From an uncultured Holdemanella sp. (GTDB taxonomy: Bacteria > Bacillota_I > Bacilli_A > Erysipelotrichales > Erysipelotrichaceae), in NCBI RefSeq assembly GCF_900754615.1, contig NZ_CAAEDN010000006.1: a stretch of DNA of 64,000 nt; one strand, written 5' to 3'. Position 1 is the first letter of the stretch. Each line of letters begins with the position of its first letter. Under the pieces are notes generated by a model. It saw nothing but the letters and a program-made list of their open reading frames with translations. It had not been told where the DNA came from and did not search any database. Both the position numbers and the translations under genes were made by a program. Positions 19,691-29,736 of this stretch are shown here, one piece after another.

Positions 19691-21536
19691 ACAATTTCAC
19701 CTCCACTGCTTCCAACAAAAATTTAAAACAAGCCCCATGCGGATTTACATTCTCCACCCATATCTTTCCACCATGCGCTAAGATAATGGATTTACATAAA
19801 GATAGACCTAGACCCATGCCACGTCTTGTATCTCCACTATGATTATTTTCTGTATAGAACATTTCAAACAATTGATCTGGATGCAAAACACCATTGCCAT
19901 CATCTTGAACTTCAATTAATATTTTATCCTCAATTTGTTTTGCTTTTAAAGAAATATTTGAATTTTCAGGCGTATATTTTATCGCATTATTCATTAAATT
20001 CACTAAGACTTGAATAATTAAACGCGCATCCATATTGGCCATTAATAAATCATCTTCCAAATTCATACTTATATTATGCTTACGCTTATTGCGTCCTAAA
20101 TGATGAATCGCCTCTCTAAAAATATCCTCAATCATTTCTGGTTGTAAATTCAACTGCATCGTACCATTTTCAATACGTGTTATAAACAATAAGTTTTCAA
20201 CCAAATCATACAACCACATCGCATCATTATAAATATCCTGATACAACCCTTTCCTTTTCTCTAATGAGAATGCACTCTCATTTTCCAATAATAAACCCGC
20301 ATTTCCAGAAATAGATGTTAATGGCGTTCTTAAATCATGTGAAATCATGCGTAATAAATCAGCGCGCAAAGCTTCTTGTTTGGCTTGTTGCTCAATCTTT
20401 AAATTTTCTAAACGAATCGTTTCCTTTTCTAATGCCATACCACACTCATCTAATATTGCCACCCATAGATTTTTTTCAAAAGGATCCATTTTATCTTTTA
20501 GGACAATGCCCACAACCCCTAATACTTCGTGCGTCCCGTTAACAGGTAAATATAGACATATCGAATCCGAATAAGAACTTGTCGTCTTACCTGCTTCATG
20601 TCTATTTTCATACACCCACGCCACAATATTTGTTTCTATAGGACACTGACCCAATAAAATCGGCTCATCATTATGGGGATACAGAATTAAGTCTGTATCC
20701 AATAATTTATGTAGTTGTTTTAACATAGAAGTATAAATCGCATTCATATCATTCGCCTTTTGAAGCATTTGACTCATTTCCAATAAGACTTGCGTACGAT
20801 ACACTTGTTTCGCATTCTCAAACGATTGTTTTTTAAGTCTTGTCATTAAAGAACTTGAAGACATGGCCACCACGAACATGACAATATATGTCGTAATATA
20901 GTTTGGATCACTCAACAAAGAAAAATAGGGATATGTAAAGAAAAAATTAAAGCACAATACAGAAATCAATGATGCCAATAAACTATAGATATACCCACTT
21001 GTCCAAATGGATACAAATACAATTCCTAATATATAAATCATAATGGGCGTCGTAATCAAAAACTGAAAGTGCATAAATCCCTTGCCAATAAGTGTACAAA
21101 GAATAAGAATCAAAATCATCTTTAGCATATCTTTTAATGAAAAATTCAAAGAATTAAAGTCAAAATAAAACAAACGACGATAATCCTGCGGATAATTCAC
21201 AGAATAAACATCAATATCATGCAATTTAAATAGAGCCTGTTTGGCAAGACTCTTTTCTAAAACCACACAACTTACCTGTGAAACATTCACATATTCCACA
21301 AGTTGCTGAATCTTATTGTGCCCATAAAGAATTGTTACTTTAGCCCCTTTACTTTCCGCATACTTAATATTTTCACGCAAACAATTCTTTGATGCCACAC
21401 TCATACTTTCGTCTTTTGGTGTCTGCACATAAACAGCACTTAACGAAACATGATTGTTCTTCGCAATTTGAACTCCTTTTTCAATCACTCTTGAATTATA
21501 TTTTGAAGTCGATAGACATATTAATACATTAGCCAT
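19683..21536 (-). CDS. kdpD: KdpD-like sensor kinase (Usp-like, TM, GAF-like, HisKA) lacking the N-terminal KdpD domain
   Basis: SHDLRTPLTSI, VNLMNNAIKY, GMGLGLSLC; probable start at MANVLICL. Confidence 0.82.
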   Translation of the reverse strand: MANVLICLSTSKYNSRVIEKGVQIAKNNHVSLSAVYVQTPKDESMSVASKNCLRENIKYAESKGAKVTILYGHNKIQQLVEYVNVSQVSCVVLEKSLAKQALFKLHDIDVYSVNYPQDYRRLFYFDFNSLNFSLKDMLKMILILILCTLIGKGFMHFQFLITTPIMIYILGIVFVSIWTSGYIYSLLASLISVLCFNFFFTYPYFSLLSDPNYITTYIVMFVVAMSSSSLMTRLKKQSFENAKQVYRTQVLLEMSQMLQKANDMNAIYTSMLKQLHKLLDTDLILYPHNDEPILLGQCPIETNIVAWVYENRHEAGKTTSSYSDSICLYLPVNGTHEVLGVVGIVLKDKMDPFEKNLWVAILDECGMALEKETIRLENLKIEQQAKQEALRADLLRMISHDLRTPLTSISGNAGLLLENESAFSLEKRKGLYQDIYNDAMWLYDLVENLLFITRIENGTMQLNLQPEMIEDIFREAIHHLGRNKRKHNISMNLEDDLLMANMDARLIIQVLVNLMNNAIKYTPENSNISLKAKQIEDKILIEVQDDGNGVLHPDQLFEMFYTENNHSGDTRRGMGLGLSLCKSIILAHGGKIWVENVNPHGACFKFLLEAVEVKLYE

Positions 21537-21573
21537 ACGACAAGTATAACACAAGCCCACTAAGAATCAGCCA

Positions 21574-21640
21574 TCTTAACATTGTCTTAACAAAGTGTTA
21601 AAATATTTTTATGAAATCTTAATGCAGACTAGTGTAGAAT
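21574..21640 (+). promoter_or_regulatory. Phased TCTTAA(CA) repeats, putative KdpE boxes at the ktrB promoter
   Basis: TCTTAACA at 21574 and 21585, TGTTAA at 21596, TCTTAA at 21617; -10 TAGAAT at 21635. Confidence 0.55.
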
Positions 21641-21668
21641 GTGTTGAGATATTAGGATAGGTGGTTAT

Positions 21669-23006
21669 ATGTTTAAGAAACGTATAAATCGCATTACACC
21701 GGGACAAATGATTATCCTCAGTTTTGCGATTATGATATTTATTGGCGCTTTTTTACTGATGCTTCCATTTTCTACCAATGACGGTAAAGGCGCACCTTTT
21801 TTAGATGCACTATTCACTTCAACCAGTGCTTCCTGCGTAACCGGGTTAATTATGCATGATACTTCACAATATTGGTCTCCATTTGGACAGTTCATCATCA
21901 TAACATTGATTCAAATCGGAGGTATGGGTGTTATCACAATGGCCATCCTACTTTCTGTATTGGGTGGAAAAAAAATTGGATTTAAACAAAGATATTTTAT
22001 GCAACAATCCATTTCCGCACCAAAACTTGGCGGTATTATTCGAAACACGAAATGGATTCTTAAGGCTACACTATTTATTGAAGCATTCGGTGCCATTTTA
22101 TTAGGCATCCGCTTTCTACCTCGCTTTGGCCTAGTCAAAGGCATATGGTACTCCATATTCCATTCCATCTCTGCTTTCTGTAATGCTGGATTTGACTTAA
22201 TGGGAACCCAACAAGCCTATTCATCCTTAACTGGATATAGTGGTGACATTCTTGTATCCAACGTCATCGCAGCACTTATCGTACTTGGTGGTTTAGGCTT
22301 CTTTGTCTGGAAAGATGTTGTTCAATACAAACGTCATTTGCACAAATATTCCTTACAATCTAAAGTTGTGCTATTTACGACAGCCACTTTATTAATTATT
22401 AGTACACTCTACTTCTACATCAATGACTTTAGCCATTGGAATATGAATTTAGCTGATCAAATCAACGTTTCTATCTTTCAAGCCGTATCCCCAAGAACGG
22501 CCGGTTTTAATACAATCGATTTAAACAAAATGAATCAAAGCAGTATCTTATTTATGACACTATTAATGTTGATAGGAGGAAGTCCACAAGGTACAGCCGG
22601 GGGTTTTAAAACCACTACACTTGCCGTATTGATTTTAAGTATTCGTGCTGTATTCAATCACAAACAAAATCCTCAATGTTTTGGAAGACGAATCTCTATG
22701 GAAACATTAAATAATGCGACTGCTCTATTTATGTTATTTATGGTACTTTTCTTTACAGGTGCCTTCCTAATTTCAGCCTTTGATCAACTTCCAATTCTAG
22801 ATGCCCTTTTTGAAGCCGCATCAGCGATTGGGACAGTTGGACTAACACTAGGCATCACGCCTACTCTATCAACCGCATCACACTGTATTTTGATCTTCTT
22901 GATGTTCTTTGGAAGAGTAGGAGGACTAACACTTCTTCTTGCGATTTCTAAACATCAGGTTGTCGCAAACGCAAATCTGCCACAAGAAAATATCACAATT
23001 GGATAA
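21669..23006 (+). CDS. ktrB: KtrB/TrkH potassium uptake membrane subunit
   Basis: SASCVTGL, SAFCNAGF, PRTAGF and SAIGTVGL pore-loop motifs. Confidence 0.9.
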   Translation: MFKKRINRITPGQMIILSFAIMIFIGAFLLMLPFSTNDGKGAPFLDALFTSTSASCVTGLIMHDTSQYWSPFGQFIIITLIQIGGMGVITMAILLSVLGGKKIGFKQRYFMQQSISAPKLGGIIRNTKWILKATLFIEAFGAILLGIRFLPRFGLVKGIWYSIFHSISAFCNAGFDLMGTQQAYSSLTGYSGDILVSNVIAALIVLGGLGFFVWKDVVQYKRHLHKYSLQSKVVLFTTATLLIISTLYFYINDFSHWNMNLADQINVSIFQAVSPRTAGFNTIDLNKMNQSSILFMTLLMLIGGSPQGTAGGFKTTTLAVLILSIRAVFNHKQNPQCFGRRISMETLNNATALFMLFMVLFFTGAFLISAFDQLPILDALFEAASAIGTVGLTLGITPTLSTASHCILIFLMFFGRVGGLTLLLAISKHQVVANANLPQENITIG

Positions 23007-23019
23007 TGGAGGAAAACAA

Positions 23020-23667
23020 ATGAAATCTGTATTAATTATTGGAATGGGACGTTTTGGACGTCACATGGCACAAAAGCTATATGATTTAAATCACGAAGTT
23101 TTAGCTATTGATAAAAATGAAGCTAAAATCAATAAAGTTCTTTCTTATGTCACAAATGCTCAAATTGGAGATTCTACAGACGAAACTTTCATCGACAGTC
23201 TTGGTGTTTCTAACTTTGATTTATGCGTTGTTGCGATTGGAGACGATTTCCAAAGTTCACTTGAAACAACCGCATTATTAAAAGATCATGGGGCAAAGCT
23301 TGTTGTCGCAAGAGCCGTACGTGATGTGCATGCCAAATTTTTATTACGTAATGGTGCCGATGAAGTTGTATATCCAGAAAAACAAATTGGTAATTGGGCC
23401 GCTGTACGTTTTTCAAGCGATAATATCTTTGACTATGTACAACTTACACCGGAATATTCTATTTATGAAATTTCTGTACCCACATCATGGATTGGTAAAT
23501 CCATGTTAGAACTTGATATCCGTAGAAAATATCATATCAATATTTTAGCTACTAAACTCAATGGGATTCTAGACCCACTACCAAGTGCTGAACATACTTT
23601 CCAGGAATCTGAAAACATTCTAATTCTTGCCCAAAATTCGGACGTACAAAAATTTCTTCACTTTTAA
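23020..23667 (+). CDS. ktrA: KtrA/TrkA RCK regulatory subunit
   Basis: IIGMGRFG Rossmann motif, GADEVVYPE; SD GGAGG before ATG 23020. Confidence 0.9.
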   Translation: MKSVLIIGMGRFGRHMAQKLYDLNHEVLAIDKNEAKINKVLSYVTNAQIGDSTDETFIDSLGVSNFDLCVVAIGDDFQSSLETTALLKDHGAKLVVARAVRDVHAKFLLRNGADEVVYPEKQIGNWAAVRFSSDNIFDYVQLTPEYSIYEISVPTSWIGKSMLELDIRRKYHINILATKLNGILDPLPSAEHTFQESENILILAQNSDVQKFLHF

Positions 23668-23754
23668 TGGAATCTTAACATCACGCCTCATTCTTTAACA
23701 CCGTTTAAACATTCGAAATTCTACAATATAGGTGTAAGAAAGAGGCGATTATTT

Positions 23755-23847
23755 ATGTTAGGTATTTTAGCTACAGGATCCGTGATCTACATTTCTTTCT
23801 TAGTCCCAAAACTTTTAAATCACATCTTAAATATTACACACCATTAA
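23755..23847 (+). CDS. Putative 30-aa small membrane peptide
   Basis: -10 TACAAT at 23722, SD AGAGG at 23741; MLGILATGSVIYISFLVPKLLNHILNITHH. Confidence 0.45.
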   Translation: MLGILATGSVIYISFLVPKLLNHILNITHH

Positions 23848-23920
23848 TGTATGCCGCGAGCATACCAATTATCCCCATTTCTTTGATACAAATATATTTA
23901 GGAAAGGGGATTTTATTATT

Positions 23921-24274
23921 ATGAAAACATGGAAATTAGTCAGTGGAATCATTTCCATTGTATTAAGTGTATTCGTCGTATTCCAAAGTATGATGGCAGG
24001 CCTTGCCAATGCACTAGAAGCCAACGAACAATCCAGTGGCAGTGCTGGACTTGTCGTAGCTATATGCATGCTTTGTGGAGGAATTGTATCCATTGTATCT
24101 AGAAAAAACAATTCAAAAGGAACCAACATTGCACTTATTATTTTGTTTGGTTTAGCTACATTAACAGGCTTTGTACTTGCAGGAAACTATTCAGACCTGT
24201 ATATTTGGTCAGCATGGTGCTTGATCAATGCAGTACTTGCCTTCATCTCATTAAGAAAAGGTATCAGAAATTAA
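23921..24274 (+). CDS. Small 4-TM membrane protein
   Basis: SD AAGGGG; hydrophobic 117 aa. Confidence 0.7.
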   Translation: MKTWKLVSGIISIVLSVFVVFQSMMAGLANALEANEQSSGSAGLVVAICMLCGGIVSIVSRKNNSKGTNIALIILFGLATLTGFVLAGNYSDLYIWSAWCLINAVLAFISLRKGIRN

Positions 24275-24290
24275 AACTGATACCTTTTAA
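24257..24290. terminator. Bidirectional terminator
   Basis: AAAAGGTATCAG / CTGATACCTTTT between convergent genes. Confidence 0.7.
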
Positions 24291-24291
24291 A

Positions 24292-25584
24292 TTATAATAG
24301 ATCCTTTGTTTTTCGAACCAAGTATAACGGAAGATTTGTAAAATCACCATCCTTACGATACCCACGTTTAGAAAAACGATATGCATGTTGAGGTGCATTA
24401 TTTGCGACATATGTCTTAAAAGAATTGGCAGATCTATCCTCACCACCCTTTACTTCAATCGGAATAATTTCCATTTTATTTTGAACCACAAAATCAATCT
24501 CACCATTTTTATCCGAATAATATCGAGGTTCAACTTCAAATTGTCCTTGAAGTTGTTGTAAAACATAGTTTTCTGTCAACGGTCCTTTAAATTGATAATC
24601 TGTTCTCAATAATATCGCACTATTATCCACGCCCGCCATTTGTTTAAGAAGTCCTGTATCAAACACAAACAGTTTAAACTGATTCAATTTATCAAAAGCA
24701 GATAATGGATGTTCCATCTTAGACACATTATATACACGATTCAACATACCAGCTGACACAAGCCATTCGATTGCTTCTTCAAAATCTCTAGCTCTAGCCC
24801 CTTCACGAACAGCACCATACATAAACTTCTCGTTGGGTTTCGCAAGTTGAGAAACAATACTTCTGAATACCATTAAAATACGTCCACTATTCACTTTTCC
24901 ATTATGCTTAGAAAAGTCATTTTCATAAACCTCAATCAATTCTCTTTGTATCTTGGATACCATGGCAGGATCTTTATACTTGATCCATGAAGATACACAT
25001 TCTGGCATACCACCAATAATAAGATAATAATTATAAGCATCTAATAAACGATGATGGAAAATTTGTTCAATAACTTGTTCTTTTTGAATACTTTCATAAT
25101 ATGCATATAACCCAGAATCTATCGCATTTAAAAACTCGTCAAACGTCAATGGATAAATATCTAAAAGATTAACCATACCTACAGGATATGATTTTGGCTT
25201 AGCCAATAATGTGCCTAAAAGACTACCTGCCGTTATTACGTGATATTCATTCGCTTTTTCTTTAAAATATTTAAGCGTATTTAATGCTTCAGGACACTCC
25301 TGAATTTCATCAAATATAATCAAAGTTTTTTCAGGTTCAATTTTTTCATCACTGATCATAGAAAGAAGTTCGATAATACGATTTGGATTTTTATTAGTTT
25401 CAAAAATAGATTTTAGTTCATCCTCCTCATCAAAGTTAAAATAAACATAATTATCATAATAATTCTGACCAAATTCTTTCATCAACCAAGTCTTACCAAC
25501 CTGTCTTGCGCCTCTTAATACCATAGGTTTTCTCTCAGGACTATTTTTCCATTGAACTAGCTTTAAAATCGCATTTCGCTTCAT
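24292..25584 (-). CDS. AAA_14/DUF4143-type ATPase with C-terminal PD-(D/E)XK-like domain
   Basis: GARQVGKT, IFDEIQ, GGMPE, FDTGLL, ENYV, EIDFV...IEVK. Confidence 0.88.
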   Translation of the reverse strand: MKRNAILKLVQWKNSPERKPMVLRGARQVGKTWLMKEFGQNYYDNYVYFNFDEEDELKSIFETNKNPNRIIELLSMISDEKIEPEKTLIIFDEIQECPEALNTLKYFKEKANEYHVITAGSLLGTLLAKPKSYPVGMVNLLDIYPLTFDEFLNAIDSGLYAYYESIQKEQVIEQIFHHRLLDAYNYYLIIGGMPECVSSWIKYKDPAMVSKIQRELIEVYENDFSKHNGKVNSGRILMVFRSIVSQLAKPNEKFMYGAVREGARARDFEEAIEWLVSAGMLNRVYNVSKMEHPLSAFDKLNQFKLFVFDTGLLKQMAGVDNSAILLRTDYQFKGPLTENYVLQQLQGQFEVEPRYYSDKNGEIDFVVQNKMEIIPIEVKGGEDRSANSFKTYVANNAPQHAYRFSKRGYRKDGDFTNLPLYLVRKTKDLL

Positions 25585-25609
25585 GAAACCACCTCTCGAA
25601 TTTAAGTTA

Positions 25610-25720
25610 ACACATTTTTCCGTGATTTTCTATACCTATTTAACACATTTTTACGGACTTTTTATAATTGTTTTAACACATTTTTCTGTAATTTTAGATA
25701 CCTTTTTTACACATTTTTCC
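25610..25720. repeat. Four phased direct repeats, exact 33-bp period
   Basis: ACACATTTTT starts at 25610, 25643, 25676 and 25709. Confidence 0.9.
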
Positions 25721-25752
25721 TAAAGCATAAAAAAAGACAGCATTTAAGCTGC

Positions 25753-26769
25753 CTATCTTACCATATCACGAGTGATGTCTTTTAAACTTTTAACCCCACA
25801 CATCTCCATAGTATCTTGAAGTTCACTACCAAGTTTGTCCACTAAGACTTGAATACCTTCTTCTTTTGCTCCATAGATCGCATTCACAAATGGACGAGCT
25901 ACAATGACAGCATCTGCTCCCATTGCCAAAGCCTTAAAGATATCGACACCATTACGAAGTCCACCATCCACAAAGATCTTCATACTGCCATCTACAGCCT
26001 TAACAATTTCTTCAAGCACTTCAGCTGTTGCAGGAGTCTGATCTTGAACTCGACCACCATGATTTGAAACCACAATAGCACTAGCTCCTGCTTCTTTTGC
26101 CTTTAAAGCACCCTTGACAGTCATAACACCCTTCACAATAAATGGTACAGGTGTATTCGAGATAATTTTCTTTAACTGTTCTGTATTCATTCTTCCTGCA
26201 GGAGGTTGACACCCTTTTAAAAATGGAAGACCCGCCGCATCTACATCCATAGCTACCGCAAAAGCACCACTATTTAATGCTAGTTCAAGCTTTTCCAAAT
26301 ATGTTTCTAAACTCCAAGGCTTAACAGTAGGAATCGCAAGTCCATTATTTTCTTTAATAATACGCGTCGCATTGATCATAATATTAGGATCTTTTCCATC
26401 TCCTGTAAAAGCACAAATACCTGCACCGATACAACCTCTGACTAAAATATCATTATAGCTGTTGTCATCATATGCATCTGAATAGTGCATACCTACAGCT
26501 CCTACAGGGCCTGCAAAAATCGGATATTTAAATGTATGACCAAATAGTTCTAATTCTGTACTTACTGGCTCATTATCTGTAATTGTATCCATATTCACAC
26601 GAATGTGTTTCCAAGCATCATAATTACGCATCGCAACATCCCCAATCCCTTTAGCTCCAGGTCCAGGCACTGTATTACGACATGCTCTTCCATCACATAC
26701 AGGACATGATTTACATAACTTTGTCCCCATCACTTCACGACTTTTTTCCATCAATTCCATATAATTCAT
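25753..26769 (-). CDS. FMN-dependent alpha-hydroxy-acid oxidase/dehydrogenase with N-terminal Cys cluster
   Basis: CKSCPVCDGRAC, VKGVMT, VSNHGGR, DGGLRNGVD; SD GGAGG before MNYMEL. Confidence 0.88.
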   Translation of the reverse strand: MNYMELMEKSREVMGTKLCKSCPVCDGRACRNTVPGPGAKGIGDVAMRNYDAWKHIRVNMDTITDNEPVSTELELFGHTFKYPIFAGPVGAVGMHYSDAYDDNSYNDILVRGCIGAGICAFTGDGKDPNIMINATRIIKENNGLAIPTVKPWSLETYLEKLELALNSGAFAVAMDVDAAGLPFLKGCQPPAGRMNTEQLKKIISNTPVPFIVKGVMTVKGALKAKEAGASAIVVSNHGGRVQDQTPATAEVLEEIVKAVDGSMKIFVDGGLRNGVDIFKALAMGADAVIVARPFVNAIYGAKEEGIQVLVDKLGSELQDTMEMCGVKSLKDITRDMVR

Positions 26770-26771
26770 AA

Positions 26772-27797
26772 TCATTCCTCCATTACATTTGCTATAACAA
26801 GACCTAATATTCCGGCTACCAGTTTCACAACCACAAACCAAGTCACACTTGTTGGATTGACTCCGGCAATAAAACCGAGTTGTCCACCAAACACAAAGGC
26901 TCCACTTAGTGAAAAGGCTGCATTTAAAATTTTACCCTTCCTATTCATTTTACTAAATAATGGTAACATCGCAATGCTTGTTCCAAAAGATAAGATAATT
27001 CCCATGACCGAATACTTATCAACATTTAATAATTGTCCAATTCTTTCAATCTGGCTCGAAAACTTTCTTAATACAATTTCACAAAACACCAAAGAACCAC
27101 ACACAATAATACTCATTTGAAATACAATGCGTAATGCTTCATTGATTAATGTCGCATTTGTGAAGTTCATATTGAAAAAGAAGGTTAGACAAACTAGGAA
27201 AAAGAAAATATAGCCTACGATTTGTACTAACTTAGAAAATACGGTTAATACCACAATTAATGTTTTAAATGAAATAAAAAATAAACCAATCAAAATTGCA
27301 CAAATAAGAATTACGGGTAAAAACACAATCAAAAAATGATCAACATGCAATAAAAAGCCACAACCAATAAGAATAGGTAATAAACCTAAAATACCATACA
27401 CAACTCCCTTTAAATAGTGACTCAAATCATCTGTATCCAGTTCATTTAAAAAGATTGGCAATTGAAAACTAATCAAGCATCCTAATGTGGATGTTAATAA
27501 TACACCACAGAAAATCAAGATATTATCTGCATGTGTCATCGACTCTATAATGGAATATCCACCAAGATCTGGCGCCAACAAGCTTGAAATAATCATTTCT
27601 TTATTTTTGAAAAGCGTCGCATGACCATTTAAAAAGGCAATCGCTATACAATAAAAACCCCCAACACTCATCATAAAATCGCCCATCGTTATAATGCCTC
27701 GATCAAAAGAAGTGGCTAGTCCAAGTCGATTTTTAAACATCTTGTCAAATAAGCCAAAAGCGGCAAAGCATAATAAAATAAAAATAATCGGATTCAT
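26772..27797 (-). CDS. eutH: EutH-family permease
   Basis: LLAPDLGGY, AFSLSGAFVFGGQLGF, KLVAGI; about 10 TMs. Confidence 0.75.
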   Translation of the reverse strand: MNPIIFILLCFAAFGLFDKMFKNRLGLATSFDRGIITMGDFMMSVGGFYCIAIAFLNGHATLFKNKEMIISSLLAPDLGGYSIIESMTHADNILIFCGVLLTSTLGCLISFQLPIFLNELDTDDLSHYLKGVVYGILGLLPILIGCGFLLHVDHFLIVFLPVILICAILIGLFFISFKTLIVVLTVFSKLVQIVGYIFFFLVCLTFFFNMNFTNATLINEALRIVFQMSIIVCGSLVFCEIVLRKFSSQIERIGQLLNVDKYSVMGIILSFGTSIAMLPLFSKMNRKGKILNAAFSLSGAFVFGGQLGFIAGVNPTSVTWFVVVKLVAGILGLVIANVMEE

Positions 27798-27821
27798 GCA
27801 TTCATTCTATTATAATAATGA

Positions 27822-27849
27822 AAAAAAGTCGAAGAGAATTTCTTCGACT
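27822..27849 (-). terminator. pot operon terminator
   Basis: AGTCGAAGA / TCTTCGACT with a T-run on the minus strand. Confidence 0.7.
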
Positions 27850-29734
27850 AATGTGCATTACTTGCCGCAACTTTTACTCTAGACCACAAATCTGCAATGA
27901 TCTTACGTGTAGTTTCATCATATTGGAATACTTCATCTTTATCGTAACCAGCACGAGGTGTATATGCATTGATACCATCATAATCTCCGCCTTTGCCACC
28001 AAGTTCTTCCATAACTTCTTTATTTGGTGAAGTATATCCAACATAACTCGAATTATCCATAGCTGCATCATAACTTGTGATATAACGAATAAACTCATTC
28101 GCAAGCTTAGGATTCTTCGCATTCTTAGGAATAACCATCGCATCTGACCATAAGTTTGTTCCACTCTTTGGCATATAGAATCCCATATTTTCATTTTCTG
28201 ACATGACATAAGCCGCATCTCCAGAATAAATCAATCCTAAAGCTTTTCTAGCCTGTGCCATATTATCAATAATTTCATCTGTTACAATTTCTGGATCCAT
28301 TGTCTGAACACATTGAATCAACCAGTTGTATGCAGCATTCAATTCATCCTCACTCGTTGTATTCATAGAGTATCCCAATGCTTTTAAAGCCATCATAAAT
28401 GAATCTCTTTCAGAATCATATAGATAGATATCTCCTTTAAATTTCTGATCTAAGAAAATATCCCATCCATCTTTTTCCAAATCCTCTTTGGATACCTTTG
28501 TCTTGTCATATACAATACCAACAGTACCCCAGAAATAAGGAATTGAATATTCATTCTTTGGATCATAAGGAAGTCCCTTGATTGCATCTGCCAATTCACC
28601 TAAACATTCTTTACGAGTTTCAGGTTCTAGTTTTTGAAGCATATTTTCCTGCGTCATTCTTTGAATCATATAGTCACTTGGAACTAATACATCATACGCA
28701 TCTCCATTGGCAACTTTAATATACATCTGTTCATTTGAATCAAAGTTATCCATTACGACCTTAGCCCCTGTCAATTCTTCAAATCCAGAAATGATATTCT
28801 CACCTGTATATTCACCCCAGTTATATACATGTAAAGTCTGTCCTGCATATGGCTGACTACCAGCTGATTTATTCAAGCCAAATAAAGAAGCTACTAAACC
28901 AAGAACTACCACACCTGCAACAGCCCATTTCCAAGGTTTATTTTGTTGAGATGGATTTGTCTTCTTACGAATGATTGGCAAGACATTTACAATTGTCAAT
29001 GTGATTGTGATCAACAATACAACTAAAGTACTAATCGCATTTACACTTGGATTGATACGTTTAGACATTGTATACACCATAATACTTAAGTTCTTCACAC
29101 CTTGACCTGTGACAAAATATGAAATTACGAAATCATCAAATGACATTGTGAACGCAATCAAAGCACCCGAAACAATACCAGGCATAATTTGTGGCACAAT
29201 AACCTTTACCAAAGCCTGCCAAGGCGTAGCACCTAAATCCATTGCCGCATCCGCCAAGTTTGGATCTAACGATTTAATTTTAGGCATAATACTCAAAATA
29301 ACATATGGAATACAGAATGCAATATGTGCTAATAATAATGTCACAAATCCCTTTTCAATCTGGAATGTGATAAATAGAAGCATCAATCCAATGGCTGTAA
29401 CGATTTCTGGGTTCATGATTGGAAAATCATTGACCTGACTTACAAAGGCACGCAATACTTTCTTTGATTTTGATAATCCAATCGCCGTAATCGTACCAAT
29501 AATTGTTGAAATAATTGTTGCCAATAAGGCAATTATAATAGTCACATATAAAGATTCCATCATACCGTGATTTTTAAGCATTGCCTCATACCAACACAAT
29601 GAGAATCCTGTAAAGTGAGTTAATGATTTTGAACTATTGAAAGAGAAAATAATCATGAATAAGATTGGCGCATAAAAGAACACCAATAATAATGCCATGC
29701 CTACTTTACCTAATACTCTTTTATCTTTCGACAT
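27848..29734 (-). CDS. potCD: Fused PotC permease-PotD polyamine-binding protein
   Basis: DAAMDLGA EAA loop, SFDDF; then VYNWGEY, PSDYMI, PYFWGTVGI. Confidence 0.88.
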   Translation of the reverse strand: MSKDKRVLGKVGMALLLVFFYAPILFMIIFSFNSSKSLTHFTGFSLCWYEAMLKNHGMMESLYVTIIIALLATIISTIIGTITAIGLSKSKKVLRAFVSQVNDFPIMNPEIVTAIGLMLLFITFQIEKGFVTLLLAHIAFCIPYVILSIMPKIKSLDPNLADAAMDLGATPWQALVKVIVPQIMPGIVSGALIAFTMSFDDFVISYFVTGQGVKNLSIMVYTMSKRINPSVNAISTLVVLLITITLTIVNVLPIIRKKTNPSQQNKPWKWAVAGVVVLGLVASLFGLNKSAGSQPYAGQTLHVYNWGEYTGENIISGFEELTGAKVVMDNFDSNEQMYIKVANGDAYDVLVPSDYMIQRMTQENMLQKLEPETRKECLGELADAIKGLPYDPKNEYSIPYFWGTVGIVYDKTKVSKEDLEKDGWDIFLDQKFKGDIYLYDSERDSFMMALKALGYSMNTTSEDELNAAYNWLIQCVQTMDPEIVTDEIIDNMAQARKALGLIYSGDAAYVMSENENMGFYMPKSGTNLWSDAMVIPKNAKNPKLANEFIRYITSYDAAMDNSSYVGYTSPNKEVMEELGGKGGDYDGINAYTPRAGYDKDEVFQYDETTRKIIADLWSRVKVAASNAH

Positions 29735-29736
29735 GT

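Noticed and set aside
25610..25720. 33-bp array as a CRISPR or TIGR-type guide array
   Set aside because: Core is only 10 bp, intervening sequences are AT-rich and mutually similar, and no cas or Nop-domain gene is present
26772..27797. Ethanolamine-utilisation microcompartment locus
   Set aside because: Only a lone EutH-like permease; no eutBC or shell genes, so the substrate is uncertain
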